From: Macrostomum hystrix
Taxonomy: Eukaryota; Animalia; Platyhelminthes
DNA: 64,000 nt
NCBI GenBank assembly: GCA_950097015.1
Contig: CATNEN010000007.1
Location: forward strand, 3,844,001 to 3,908,000
Reading direction: 5' to 3'
Each line of letters starts with the position of its first letter. Positions within the stretch are counted from its first letter, which is position 1. The notes below the pieces were generated by a model. It was not told the origin of the DNA, did not search any database, and saw only the letters and a program-made list of their open reading frames with translations. Below are positions 1 to 12,094 of the stretch, in pieces. Made by a program: the position numbers and the translations under genes.

Positions 1-2658
1 GCAGTCGCCGAAGCACTTTTCGATGTTCCCGAGGCCGGAAGGCGCCACCGCCGGGCAGAAGAACTGAACTTCGTGCGCGTCCACGGAGTCCCCACCGTTG
101 GCGATGTCGCAGGACAGCTGGATTGTCGGCAGGCTGACATTGATTCGGATGCCTACAGTCAGCGGCGCCGAGTCCATCGGCCTGGAGGAGTCCGCGCTGG
201 TCGCGAATGAGTCCACCGCTACTGCAGAGACCGCCGCTGGAGATTCGAGAATCAGCTCTTGATTGGTTGGGTGTCTCACAGGTGCAAGCGCTGAGATTGA
301 CTGACACATGAGATATGAGATTGACTGACACATGAGATATGAGATTGACTGACACATGAGATATGAGATTGATTGACACATGAGATATGAGATTGACTGA
401 CACATGAGATATGAGATTGACTGACACATGAGATATGAGATTGACTGGCACATGAGATATGAGATCAGCTTGCATATGAGATCAACTGTATAGATGGCCC
501 ATATTTTCTACAGAGCTAAAAGATGAAGACCAGTTGCCTTGGAGACGAGGCGCTTCCTGTGAATATTCCAACACCCGTCTATCGACTCTTTAAAGAATTT
601 TACTGGTCAGAAATAGTTTTTTTCGGCGAAAAAAAAGCTAAGAACAACCGCTGGGTTCAAATTTTGAGAGGCGAAGACTATCACTTTGGGCGCTCGTGTT
701 CCTGGCTGCCAGACGAATGCCAGTGAAGGTAAGCTCCTGGTTCAGTAATTTTTAGGATGGGCAAGAACTTAGGATGCCTTTTGGAAAATTGTTACACGCC
801 CTGGCAACTGCATTGAACACACGAACCCACTCATCTGCCGGCTGTCTGAACCCCCTACCCCTCTACATGGGCTAGGAACAGCCACTTTCTGCCCAGCGCC
901 TGCTTTGATAATTGTCAAGAAATTGCGAATTTGGCTTGACCCCAACCAACAGAGAGTTGACCTTCTTTGACACGGATCAGAAGACGAAACGTTTTTCTCG
1001 CTATGATAAGATCTGCATGAGCTAGAATCGTCTAAAGTAGACTTGCAAACAATAGAATAGTCTAGGGTAGATATGAGATAAGCTAAAATAGTCTAGGGTA
1101 GATATGAGATAAGCTAGAATAATCTAGGGTAGATATGAGATAAGCTAGAATAGTCTAGGGTAGATCTAAGGTAAGCTAGAATAGTCTAGGTCAGATATTA
1201 TGTAAGCTAGAATAATCTAGGGTAGATATGAGATAAGCTAGAATAGTCTAGGGTAGATCTGAGGTAAGCTAGAATAGTCTAGGGCTGATATGAGATAAGC
1301 TAGAATAGTCTAGGGTAGATCTGAGATAAGCTAGAATAGTCTAGATTAGATATGAGATAAGCTAGAATAGTCTAGGGTAGATCTGAGGTAAGCTAGAATA
1401 ATCTAGGGCAGATATGAGATAAGCTAGAATAGTCTAGGGTAGATATGAGATAAGTTAGAATAGTCTAGGGTAGATCTGAGGTAAGCTAGAATAATCTAGG
1501 GCAGATATGAGATAAGCTAGAATAGTCTAGGGTAGATATGAGATAAGTTAGAATAGTCTAGGGTAGATCTGAGGTAAGCTAGAATAGTCTAGGGTAGATC
1601 TAAGCTAAGCTAGAATAGTCTAGGGTAGATATGATATAAGCTAGAATAGTCTAGGGTAGATCTGAGGTAAGCTAGAATAGTCTAGGGTAGATCTAAGCTA
1701 AGCTAGAATAGTCTAGGGTAGATATGATATAAGCTAGAATAGTCTAGGGTAGATCTGAGGTAAGCTAGAATAGTCTAGGGCTGATATGAGATAAGCTAGA
1801 ATAGTCTAGGGTAGATCTGAGATAAGCTAGAATAGTCTAGATTAGATATGAGATAAGCTAGAATAGTCTAGGGTAGATCTGAGGTAAGCTAGAATAGTCT
1901 AGGGCAGATATGAGATAAGCTAGAATAATCTAGGGTAGATATGAGATAAGCTGAAATAGTCTAGGGTAGATTTGAGATAAGCTAGAATAGTCTAGGGTAG
2001 ATATGAAATAAGCTAGAATAATCTAGGGTAGATATGAGATAAGCTAGAATAGTCTAGGGTAGATCTAAGCTAAGCTAGAATAGTCTAGGGTAGATATGAG
2101 ATAAGCTGAAATAGTCTAGGGTAGATATGAGATAAGCTAGAATAGTCTAGGGTAGATATGAAATAAGCTAGAATAATCTAGGGTAGATATGAGATAAGCT
2201 AGAATAGTCTAGGGTAGATCTAAGCTAAGCTAGAATAGTCTAGGGTAGATATGAGATAATCTAGAATAATCTAGGGCAGATATGAGATAAGCTAGAATAG
2301 TCTAGGGTAGATATGAGATAAGCTAGAATAGTCTAGGGTAGATCTGAGGTAAGCTAGAATAGTCTAGGGTAGATCTGAGATAAGCTAGAATAGTGCAAAG
2401 ATGAATTAAGCAGATTTCCCAAAGTACAATTTCCAATCCAAACGGAGGGCACAGATCAATGAAATTAAATCAAATGACCTGTGATTAGGATCATTAAAAC
2501 AAAAAAGGCATAACTGCAATTATAAATCAACAGCAAGGCTTGGAGGCAGGAATGAAATCATAATTAGAATAGCGAGTACTCAGTTTTCGCTTGAACTCAC
2601 CCAAATCGATGGCCAGAGTCCAGACTAGAGCTAGAAAGTACAGCGCCGTGGCCGACAT
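1..2658 (-). CDS. 5' part of a secreted or membrane protein of unknown family; exons 2601..2658 and <1..290, runs off the window
   Basis: ATG at 2658 gives MSATALYFLALVWTLAIDL (signal-peptide-like), then a GTGAGT donor in phase 1. A CTCAG acceptor at 291-295 opens a stop-free frame to base 1 (ALAPVRHPTNQELILES...LTVGIRINVSLPTIQLSCDIANGGDSVDAHEVQFFCPAVAPSGLGNIEKCFGDC). Phases match; extra exons in between cannot be excluded. Confidence 0.55.
292..470. repeat. 24-bp minisatellite (TGAGATTGACTGACACATGAGATA), ~7 copies, intronic
   Basis: Direct tandem periodicity starting at the splice acceptor of the 1..290 exon. Confidence 0.95.
1050..2394. repeat. 31-bp minisatellite (AAGCTAGAATAGTCTAGGGTAGATATGAGAT), ~43 copies
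   Basis: Period of 31 read directly (AGCTA at 1081 and 1112). Confidence 0.97.
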
Positions 2659-3925
2659 GCAAGATTTTCAATAGAATTCTCAGCTGTTTAGCAAATGCGA
2701 AATCACCTTAAAGCAGCATATTAACAGTGAACAGCGGGGGGTGAGCAGCGGGTGAGTCAGCTAATGCAACTATTCTAGCTGCCTATTTTATTGGCACTTG
2801 CTCATCGCCAGAGCGCAACGTCAACGGTCTTCAGCCAGCTTGCTGCACCGGATTGCGCAACTGTGTCTCTGAGCTGTCTCGGGCCGCTGATGCATGGCCT
2901 GAGGCTGCTATTATACACACGCAGGGGACAGGCCAGGAGCTCTTGTGTGGCGTTCGCAAACACTGCTCCCCTGCCAGACATAGGGCGGAGGTGAGGCGGG
3001 GCGGAGTTGGGGGTGGAAAGGGGGAAAGCAGGGCGACGCACGGGCGCAGTCAGATAATGGGGTACGTGGGGATCTGACAGTGGGATTTTGGCTGTGGGAC
3101 CAATGATAGATCGCCTAGGGTAGGCGTGGGCACTGCTGTCTTTTCTCCCATTCCTGAATTCTCCCCGGGCATTGTGTTGGTGTCGCGCACACTCATTCGC
3201 TGTTCTCAGTGCTGAGTTGTCTCTCCTGCTGGTTCTGAGCTGCTATCAATCCTAGCGGAGGGTGGGGCGGGCGGGGTTCTGGCTGCAGATGCAATCTCGC
3301 TGCCAATGGCTCCAGGCACCACACAGTGAAATCCCATTGTTCCGCATATAGGGGAATCTGATGGTTCTGGCGTCAGTCGGCCCGACTGGGAAATTGAGAG
3401 GTCATGTTTGCTGGCAGCCTGTTGTGCCCCTCCGCTCAGAAACTGCAAAAGCTTTTTCTTTTAGTGGCGCTACTGGACCTGCCTGGGCCCTGTGGGCAGA
3501 CGGTACTATGGGGATCATTTCCCTTAGCCCCTACACTTCCCCATGCATAGTTGGGGTGTGGTACATGAATGAATAGTTTTCTCAATTACTAGTGCAGACA
3601 AGATTGCAGATCAAATGCATGGAGGGCAGACAGACAGTAGCTTTGCCCTGGCAGGCATTGGGCTAATTTATTTTTACTGCTATATCATATGGCCAGACGG
3701 GACAGTCAGTGGCGCGGGCGCAAACCTAATGAGTGCGCTGTGATTGACTGACTTGGCCAATTGAGTGACTGCGACAGCTTTTTCACTGCGGCAGAACATG
3801 AAGTGGTGGCAACTTTGATGAGCAGCCACTGATCCATGATTTTAGAGTGGGGTTTGTCCCTGCAAGCCTTTAGTGCACATTCAATGGGCTAAATATAGCT
3901 TTCTAAGAATTACCGATTTCTTATA

Positions 3926-4140
3926 GGCGATGTTAGCCTAGCGGTTAGAGCGTCGGCCTCACTTATTGAAGGTCGGGGGTTCGACTCCCGACTCCACCGG
4001 AACAATTTGTGCCCTTTAGCAAGACAATTAACTCTGCATTGCTTCAGTTCACCCAGCTGTTAAATGGGTACCAGCATCAGCTGAGGTAATTGAGGGTGCG
4101 TGTGGCGTCTCCCAGTCCATGGACTGAACAGCCGTACGAA
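3926..4140 (+). mobile_element. tRNA-derived SINE, family 1 (CORE-like), near full length
   Basis: A-box (TAGCCTAGCGG) and B-box (GGTTCGACTCC), followed by TGTGCCCTTTAGCAAGACAATTAACTC...GCTTCAGTTCACCCAGCTGTTAAATGGG. Related copies at ~28190, ~31490 and ~34556. The acceptor stem does not pair, so it is not a tRNA. Confidence 0.8.
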
Positions 4141-4962
4141 GCCTTCAGATTAGTCAATTAGTTTAAAATCGTCATGAAAATCATATTATATTATCATATT
4201 AAAAAATTAACGCATCACAAGCATGCCTGTTTGAAATACATTTTAAATTATTGCAGACTCAATTTGTTTTAATTCTAAGACATGTGGCACAATTCTAAAA
4301 ATGTTCTTTTCTACGAAATTTAATATAACTCAGGAGTTATATAAAACCTTAAACCAATTTAGAGATTCTGAATCGAATAATCTTTCTAGGAAAAAATGCT
4401 GCTATCTGTCGTTTTCAAAAGTACATAGTGCTGTTTCTTAGAAAGGCAATACACGTCAGGCCTGAAGCCCCCTTGTCAAACAGCCGTCACGCGTGACATG
4501 TCTTCAGTCATTGTGAGCACCGAGTCAGTTTTTTATCTATCAGAAAGGGAAGGTGCTTTCAGAGCCTCACTGAGAAATCTAATTCAGATATTGGCTGATA
4601 ATCCATCATCATCTTTGGCGGCATTGACAATTGACAATTGACAGAGAGGATTTTGTGTAGTGATGAACTCAGAAGAGCTCACAGTGGAGAGATCGGCAGG
4701 ACTGTCAGCCAAGTTAGCAGACTGTGTTTGCAGCTCTTGACGCGGACGTCACTTAATGAAGAAAAACTATTCTTCAGTTTTTTATCGACTGGAAATGGCA
4801 GAGCGGATGCCAGGTAGGCGATAGAAAAAAAATTAGATTGAATTCCTTTGTGAACTGTTCTACTTGAAGCGCACTGGACTACTTGCAGTAGATGCGAAAA
4901 ATTCGAGCAGCTGAAAACAGAAATTATCCTAGAAAAACTTATTTGTCCTATATGCCTGTCCT

Positions 4963-5047
4963 ATGTGTCTGTCTCACTGTCTCTCTGTCTGTCTGTCTGC
5001 CTGTATGTCTGTATGTCTGTCTGTCTGTCTGTCAGTCTGCCTGTCTC

Positions 5048-5136
<89 letters not shown>

Positions 5137-5341
5137 AAGTCTGCCTGTCCCGTCCTGTCCTGTCCTGTCCTGTCCTGTCCTGTCCTGTCCTGTCATGTCC
5201 TGTCCTGTCCTGTCCTGTCCTGTCCTGTCCTGTCCTGTCCTGTCCTGTCCTGTCCTGTCCTTTCCTGTCCTGTCCTGTCCTGTCCTGTCCTGTCCTGTCC
5301 TGTCCTGTCCTGTCCTGTCCTGTCCTGTCCTGTCCTGTCCT
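4963..5341. repeat. Compound microsatellite (TCTG)n then (TGTCC)n
   Basis: Direct reading. Confidence 0.97.
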
Positions 5342-5844
5342 AGGCTTTTCCAAGCAACAGCCCTGCTTAACAACGGGTGCCAATCGAAAACCAGAAAGTG
5401 GCTATGCAGCAGTGTGTGCCGCTCTGACAGCTGGGTAGACAGAACAGTCCGCTGTGTCACAACCCGCAGTGCCAGGCTGTTCAGTATCAGCCAGCTGCCC
5501 TCCGTCATGCAATAATGGTCCCCATTCAGTCCAGGAATGAAGGCTGCCAGCAATCAAGTTAGGCCAACCTCATCTGGGTCCTCCGCCTGCAGTGCCCAGT
5601 ATTTTTGCCGGCTCCTCCCTGTTCCAAGCAAACCCGAAAAGTGTTCTTTAATTACAGCCAAACACGGGGCCACAGCGACAGCTGCTCTCTGCCTCTGTTC
5701 CTGCTCCCTAAGAATCTTCCCACTACATGGGACGCGGGGGATCAGGAGCGCGATAAAAAAGGTAGGATGATCCTCTCAAGTGGTGGAATGAAAGTGGGAT
5801 TCGCCTGATCGCTCAGGGAAAGCTTTCACAGCATTTCTGTGATT

Positions 5845-5930
5845 GCAGGGTCCCGCAGTGGCTTGCTAGGTTGCCGGACTACGCTCTCGCACTACAGGTC
5901 ACGAGTTCGAATCTGCGGCGAGGCTACACA
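5845..5930 (+). mobile_element. tRNA-like SINE head fragment
   Basis: B-box-like GAGTTCGAATC; shares CTCTCGC with the head of the adjacent family-2 SINE; no cloverleaf. Confidence 0.4.
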
Positions 5931-5989
5931 CAGTACATAATTTATTATTATCTTTAAAATGGATCTCGGCACAAGATGGAGCAAAATTT

Positions 5990-6315
5990 GGCTGGGTGTG
6001 AGCGGCAGAGCGGTCTAACGCGTTTGACTCTCGCGCCAAGGTGCCTGAGCTCGGATCCGCGACGAGGTCACATTAACGAGCGTTTGGGGCGCAGCCGCGG
6101 AGAGAAGGCTCGGGGGCTTGTCGTACAATTTACGCACTTGAGGGCCAAACTCCAAGGCACAGTAAAAGTGTACACAGCCTGACGATGAGAAAGTCAGGGC
6201 AGATGTACACACCTGTGTGAGCGTGGCCTGCGTACGGTATCTGTGTTTGTGTGCTCAGGAGTCAGCGGAATGGGCAGAAATGCCTCCTCGCTGGCTGCAA
6301 GTCTACTGTCACTAA
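5990..6315 (+). mobile_element. tRNA-derived SINE-like repeat, family 2
   Basis: tRNA-like head (GCGGCAGAGCGGTCTAACGCG...GAGCTCGGATCC). The body matches the reverse-complement copy at 38450-38745 and a 3' fragment at 63340-63415. Confidence 0.75.
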
Positions 6316-6503
6316 ATTTTTTACCGCCCGCCTTTGAAAGCGCTTAGCAAAAGCTGCGGCTGTGCCACTGGCTTAAATACAAATAAACGAAGTCTGGTGC
6401 TTAAAACTAATGAAAATCTAATTGAAATAAATGTAATGAAAAACAGTTCAAAAACAAGGCAGGTCGCAGCAGGACACACAACAGTCAGACAGGGCAGTCC
6501 CGC

Positions 6504-7121
6504 TCACAGCACATTGGCCACTCGCATCCTCTGCTCCTTGTAGCGGATGAGAAACAGCTTCAGCGCGCTGTGCTGGGTCAGAGCCCGGAAGCCGTTCAGG
6601 CAGGCCAGGCCGCTGCGGATCATCAGAATGGAGTAGTAGGAGGTGTAGTACACCGAAAGGAAGATGCTGGCCGTGCACAGTACGACAATCTTGTAGGTCC
6701 TGAATATGAAGATGGTGTACTCAAACAGAATGCTCATGAAGTTCGCAAACACCATGATGACGTCGCGAAAGAAGTCGAACAGCATGAAGGACAGGTTGAA
6801 GATTTGCAGACAGATTAGCGGCAGCACCAGCATGGCGTGAAGAAACTGTTGAGCCCGCTCGGTGGCTTCCCTGATGACCCGCGAGGTGGTGCAGTTGCCA
6901 TGCGACACCTTGATGACGATGGCTATGACCGCTGTCAGGCACTTCTGGGTGGCCAGCCGGCTGCTTGAGCCGGTGCTGTACAGCAGTTTGTTAATGTACA
7001 GTACAAATGGCAAGAGCACGTAGGTTATTAGAGCCAGGATGATTAGGAGTGAGTAGTATGAGGACACCTGGATCGATCTTGCCAGGTTGCCAGCGCAGAT
7101 CAGCACTGTCTTCAGCAGCAT
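6504..7121 (-). CDS. Putative 205-aa multi-pass membrane protein, unknown family
   Basis: Stop-free ORF in non-repetitive sequence with strong G/C third-position bias (CTG, ATC, TTC, TAC) and several long hydrophobic segments. It could be the terminal exon of a longer gene. Confidence 0.65.
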   Translation of the reverse strand: MLLKTVLICAGNLARSIQVSSYYSLLIILALITYVLLPFVLYINKLLYSTGSSSRLATQKCLTAVIAIVIKVSHGNCTTSRVIREATERAQQFLHAMLVLPLICLQIFNLSFMLFDFFRDVIMVFANFMSILFEYTIFIFRTYKIVVLCTASIFLSVYYTSYYSILMIRSGLACLNGFRALTQHSALKLFLIRYKEQRMRVANVL

Positions 7122-7209
7122 TTTGCTGTTGTTGCGACTTTTGCTGCTGCTGCTGCTGCTGCTGTTGTTGTGACTTTTGCTGCTGCTGCTGCTGTTGTTG
7201 TTGTGACTT

Positions 7210-7247
<38 letters not shown>

Positions 7248-7262
7248 TTTTTGTTGTGACTT

Positions 7263-7295
<33 letters not shown>

Positions 7296-7335
7296 TTGTT
7301 GTTGTGACTTTTGCTGCTGCTGCTGCTGCTATTGC
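7122..7335. repeat. CTG/TTG trinucleotide-rich tract with recurring GTGACTTTT spacers
   Basis: Direct reading; lies immediately upstream of the 7121 ATG. Confidence 0.85.
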
Positions 7336-8088
7336 TAGTAATGTTATTATCGCTGCAGCTTTAGCGGATAGTTCAAATATACAGCCGTAGACCTCATTTT
7401 ATAGTTGCAAGCTGAAAAATACGTTCCAGTTTTATGTTTTTTTTTCAGGCTGAATTCCATTGCTGATTACCATAGATAGAAATTGCTTTTGATTTTCAAG
7501 CTTGCCTAAATAAGCTCGAGTATTTTTTATTACACGTATAATTTTTTTTTAATTCTTTCATTCAATTACCTGTGTGCTTCATGACTATAATATAAGAAAC
7601 TATGAAATACTCTAGCTAATATACTCGTATTACTCCTCCTTCCTCAAGGATAGACCAGAGGGATATAAAAAGGGTAGGATAGCAATCTATAACGTTGTAC
7701 AGGACCGGCATACACAGGAAAAGTGCGGCATGGGCCGGCATAATCATAATAAAAATAATGAGTCCGCAGTAAAAATAATCCCACACCCAGATGAGACCCG
7801 AATCAGCCGGCTAGCCAAGTCAAGAATGATTAGGATCTGAAGGGATTTGGCTGACCGGAGTCTGCGGTGCGACAGAAATTTGTCAAGATTTGCCTTCCTG
7901 GCCTCCTCACAGAGCCTCATCCGGCGGTGCTCAATCTCCCAGAATCCCCGAGAGCAGTTTTAGACAAATTCAAACTTATGCGACCAATGCGTGCCTTCGA
8001 AACTGCAACCCCTTTGACTGCTGTCCCAGTGGGGCCTTGTATCCGGCTTTAGGACTTTCGCTCTGGCCTCCACAATTACGGGCTAAGC

Positions 8089-9345
8089 TGACTCAAAGCT
8101 AACTCAAATCTGACTCAAAGCTAACTCAAACCTGACTCAAAGCTAACTCAAATCCGACTCAAAGCTAACTCAAAGCTAACTCAAATCCGACTCAAAGCTA
8201 ACTCAAATCCGACTCAAAGCTAACTCAAAGCTAACTCAAATCCGACTCAAAGCTAACTCAAATCCGACTCAAAGCTAACTCAAAGCTAACTCAAATCCGA
8301 CTCAAAGCTAACTCAAATCCGACTCAAAGCTAACTCAAAGCTAACTCAAATCCGACTCAAAGCTAACTCAAAGATAACTCAAAGATAACTCGAGCCAACT
8401 CAAATCTGACTCAAGGCTAACTCAAATCTGACTCAAGGCTAACTCAAATCTGACTCAAGGCTAACTCAAACCTGACTCAAAGCTAACTCAAATCCGACTC
8501 AAAGCTAACTCAAAGCTAACTCAAATCCGACTCAAAGCTAACTCAAATCCGACTCAAAGCTAACTCAAATCCGACTCAAAGCTAACTCAAAGCTAACTCA
8601 AATCCGACTCAAAGCTAACTCAAATCCGACTCAAAGCTAACTCAAAGCTAACTCAAATCCGACTCAAAGCTAACTCAAATCCGACTCAAAGCTAACTCAA
8701 AGCTAACTCAAATCCGACTCAAGGCTAACTCAAATCTGACTCAAGGCTAACTCAAATCTGACTCAAGGCTAACTCAAATCTGACTCAAGGCTAACTCAAA
8801 TCTCACTCGAGCCAACTCAAATCTGACTCAAGGCTAACTCAAATCTGACTCAAGGCTAACTCAAATCTGACTCAAGGCTAACTCAAATCTGACTCAAGCT
8901 AACTCAAATCCGACTCAAAGCTAACTCAAAGCTAACTCAAATCCGACTCAAAGCTAACTCAAATCCGACTCAAAGCTAACTCAAAGCTAACTCAAATCCG
9001 ACTCAAAGCTAACTCAAATCCGACTCAAAGCTAACTCAAAGCTAACTCAAATCCGACTCAAGGCTAACTCAAATCTGACTCAAGGCTAACTCAAATCTGA
9101 CTCAAGGCTAACTCAAATCTGACTCAAGGCTAACTCAAATCTCACTCGAGCCAACTCAAATCTGACTCAAGGCTAACTCAAATCTGACTCAAGGCTAACT
9201 CAAATCTGACTCAAGGCTAACTCAAATCTGACTCAAGCTAACTCAAATCCGACTCAAGGCTAACTCAAATCTGACTCAAGCTAACTCAAATCTGACTCAA
9301 GCTAACTCAAAGCAAACTCAAGGAAACAGCAAAGCTAACTCAAAT
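8089..9345. repeat. Satellite of 11-bp subunits (GACTCAAAGCT/AACTCAAATCC) with higher-order blocks
   Basis: Direct periodicity; the variant marker CTCGAGCCAACTC recurs near 8390, 8805 and 9145. Confidence 0.95.
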
Positions 9346-10551
9346 AAAAAAAAACCGTGCACTAGGCTTTTTTGAGTTAGTTCACGAACGATAGTTCCCT
9401 TTTATTTTCCGATCTCATCTATCTTGTGATCCCCAATCCACCTTCACCACAGCCGTTGCCACCATTCCAGGATTTTCTAATCGCCTCCCACTTCGATCCC
9501 ATTTAATTTGAGTGCGCCACCACTGGCTGGAGCATAAATCACCGGGCTCCCCTCAGCTGACCTCGCTTCCTGCCGCGACCTCCCAAAAGCCAGTGCCCCC
9601 ATTCACCTCTCAATGGCGCGGTAAGAGCCGTCTGGGTGGGGACAGTCGGATCAGTTCCCTCTGCAATCTGTGTTGGCCCACTCGAATTTATTTAGGATTG
9701 TAAAACGCCAAGCAGTTTCCAAACTAGAAGAACTGAATCATCTGTCTTTGGAGAGCGGTGTAAATTTTTGCGGCCTAATTTCGGAATGAGAAAGAAATCG
9801 GCCGACGTTGAATAAAAAAATCTTCCAAATCTGCTTAGACACCAGACACCTGGGAGTGACATTTTTCCACAAAAAGCAATGTCACTCATTCAAAACGGCT
9901 TTAATAAAGGCAACAATAATAGACATTAGCAGTCACCCAAAACGGCCCTAATAAGGGCAAAATAGATGACCAATTTCAGTTGCGCGAAACGGCCCAAATA
10001 AGAGCATCATAGCAAGCCAGGGTGAAGCGATAAAAGTGAAGTGATAGCCTTTCTATTAAGCTTCTAGGAGAAATACTTTCTACATCATTTGCAGTCTTCC
10101 CGCTAAAAAACTTGCTGTTCAACGACCAAAAATCCGACAATCGGTGTTGGGATGGGCTGAAAAACACTCTCTGATTTCAGGGATTTAAAAATAGACCCCA
10201 TCAGTATTCTGGCCAGATGCTCAGCCTCAGTCAGAGCAGATCTGCTCGCGCATTCCCGGAAATGAGTGGCTAGAAAAATGCAGCTTTTTTTCGCCAATGC
10301 AACAATCAGGCAATTCGTGACGAACTTCTGGAACACGCCATCTCACTCTATCCTCAATCTCACCAATTCTCTCAGCGAGCGGAGCGGCTCCGGACCTCAC
10401 ATCCGCTGAGCGAGTGTGCTCGCGCAGCATTCAATTCTGCTAAATGGAAACCAATGCAGCCACGAACCAGAGCTCGAACAAATATTGCCATGGGCCGGGG
10501 CTGATAAGACTGAGAATATCCACTGAGCTTTGGGCTGGCTGGGTGTGACTG

Positions 10552-11610
10552 CGAGAGTGAGATTGGGAATGTCAGAGAGTGAGATTGGGAATGTCAGAGA
10601 GTGAGATTGGGAATGTCAGAGAGTGAGATTGGGAATGTCAGAGAGTGAGATTGGGAATGTCAGAGAGTGAGATTGGGAATGTCAGAGAGTGAGATTGGGA
10701 ATGTCAGAGAGTGAGATTGGGAATGTCAGAGAGTGAGATTGGGAATGTCAGAGAGTGAGATTGGGAATGTCAGAGAGTGAGATTGGGAATGTCAGAGAGT
10801 GAGATTGGGAATGTCAGAGAGTGAGATTGGGAATGTCAGAGAGTGAGATTGGGAATGTCAGAGAGTGAGATTGGGAATGTTAGAGAGTGAGATTGGGAAT
10901 GTCTGAGAGTGAGATTGGGAATGTCAGAGAGTGAGATTGGGAATGTCTGAGAGTGAGATTGGGAATGTCTGAGAGTGAGATTGGGAATGTCAGAGAGTGA
11001 GATTGGGAATGTCAGAGAGTGAGATTGGGAATGTCAGAGAGTGAGATTGGGAATGTCAGAGAGTGAGATTGGGAATGTCAGAGAGTGAGATTGGGAATGT
11101 CAGAGAGTGAGATTGGGAATGTCAGAGAGTGAGATTGGGAATGTCAGAGAGTGAGATTGGGAATGTCAGAGAGTGAGATTGGGAATGTCAGAGAGTGAGA
11201 TTGGGAATGTCTGAGAGTGAGATTGGGAATGTCAGAGAGTGAGATTGGGAATGTCAGAGAGTGAGATTGGGAATGTCAGAGAGTGAGATTGGGAATGTCA
11301 GAGAGTGAGATTGGGAATGTCAGAGAGTGAGATTGGGAATGTCAGAGAGTGAGATTGGGAATGTCAGAGAGTGAGATTGGGAATGTCAGAGAGTGAGATT
11401 GGGAATTTCAGAGAGTGAGATTGGGAATGTCAGAGAGTGAGATTGGGAATGTCAGAGAGTGAGATTGGGAATGTCAGAGAGTGAGATTGGGAATTTCAGA
11501 GAGTGAGATTGAGAATTTCAGAGAGTGAGATTGTGAATTTCAGAGGGTGAGATTGTGAATGTCAGAAAGTGAGATTGGGAATGTCAGAAAGTGAGATTGG
11601 GAATGTTAGA
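10552..11610. repeat. 22-bp minisatellite (GATTGGGAATGTCAGAGAGTGA), ~48 near-identical copies
   Basis: Period of 22 (10561, 10583). Confidence 0.97.
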
Positions 11611-12094
11611 GGGTGAGAGTGAGAGAATGATGCTGAATTATTGGGAGGGAGATGGAGTGGGGTGTGTGATATTGGTAAATATCGGGAATTATAACAGTTA
11701 CACCAAATTTTCAATAAGCTTATAATTGTATAAGGTCGGACAGGTCCCACTCAGGGTTGTTAGTTCGCTGTGCCCTGTAAATTTTTGCTGGCAAAAACCG
11801 GATCCCACAACTTTATATTACGAACGCGAAGCTGCCGTTTATGATCCCAATTTAGGATATCTCCCTGACTTCAGCAACCGAACTAGCGAGTGACTGACTG
11901 CACTTTTCAATGCCAGATTTTTCAGGCGAGATTCCATTGTTGAAGGGCTTCAAATGTCACTGAATAAACAAAGCATTTAACGCCATAATTTTGTTCTGTC
12001 AGATAGTTGGGAGAATCGAACATTTTTTAGACAAGCCAGTCAAATTTTTTCCACTTTAGAGGAGTCCAGCGTGGCTGCCTTCCAATTGGGCTTG

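Noticed and set aside
3926-4000. tRNA-like sequences at 3926, 5845, 5995 and 34560 as tRNA genes
   Set aside because: A/B boxes are present but acceptor stems do not pair and they continue into repeat bodies, so they are SINE heads.
4892-5553. ORFs of 126-207 aa over (TCTG)n/(TGTCC)n
   Set aside because: They are translations of stop-free microsatellites (CLSV, CPVLS, DRTGQ) with no gene context.
6178-6200. CTGACGA...GAAA as a hammerhead ribozyme core
   Set aside because: There is no stem II between CUGANGA and GAAA; the sequence forms a simple hairpin.
7780-7960. Coding-like minus-strand stretch (EIEHRRMRLCEEARKANLDKFLSHRRL) as an upstream exon of the 205-aa gene
   Set aside because: No convincing phase-compatible splice sites were found; left unannotated.
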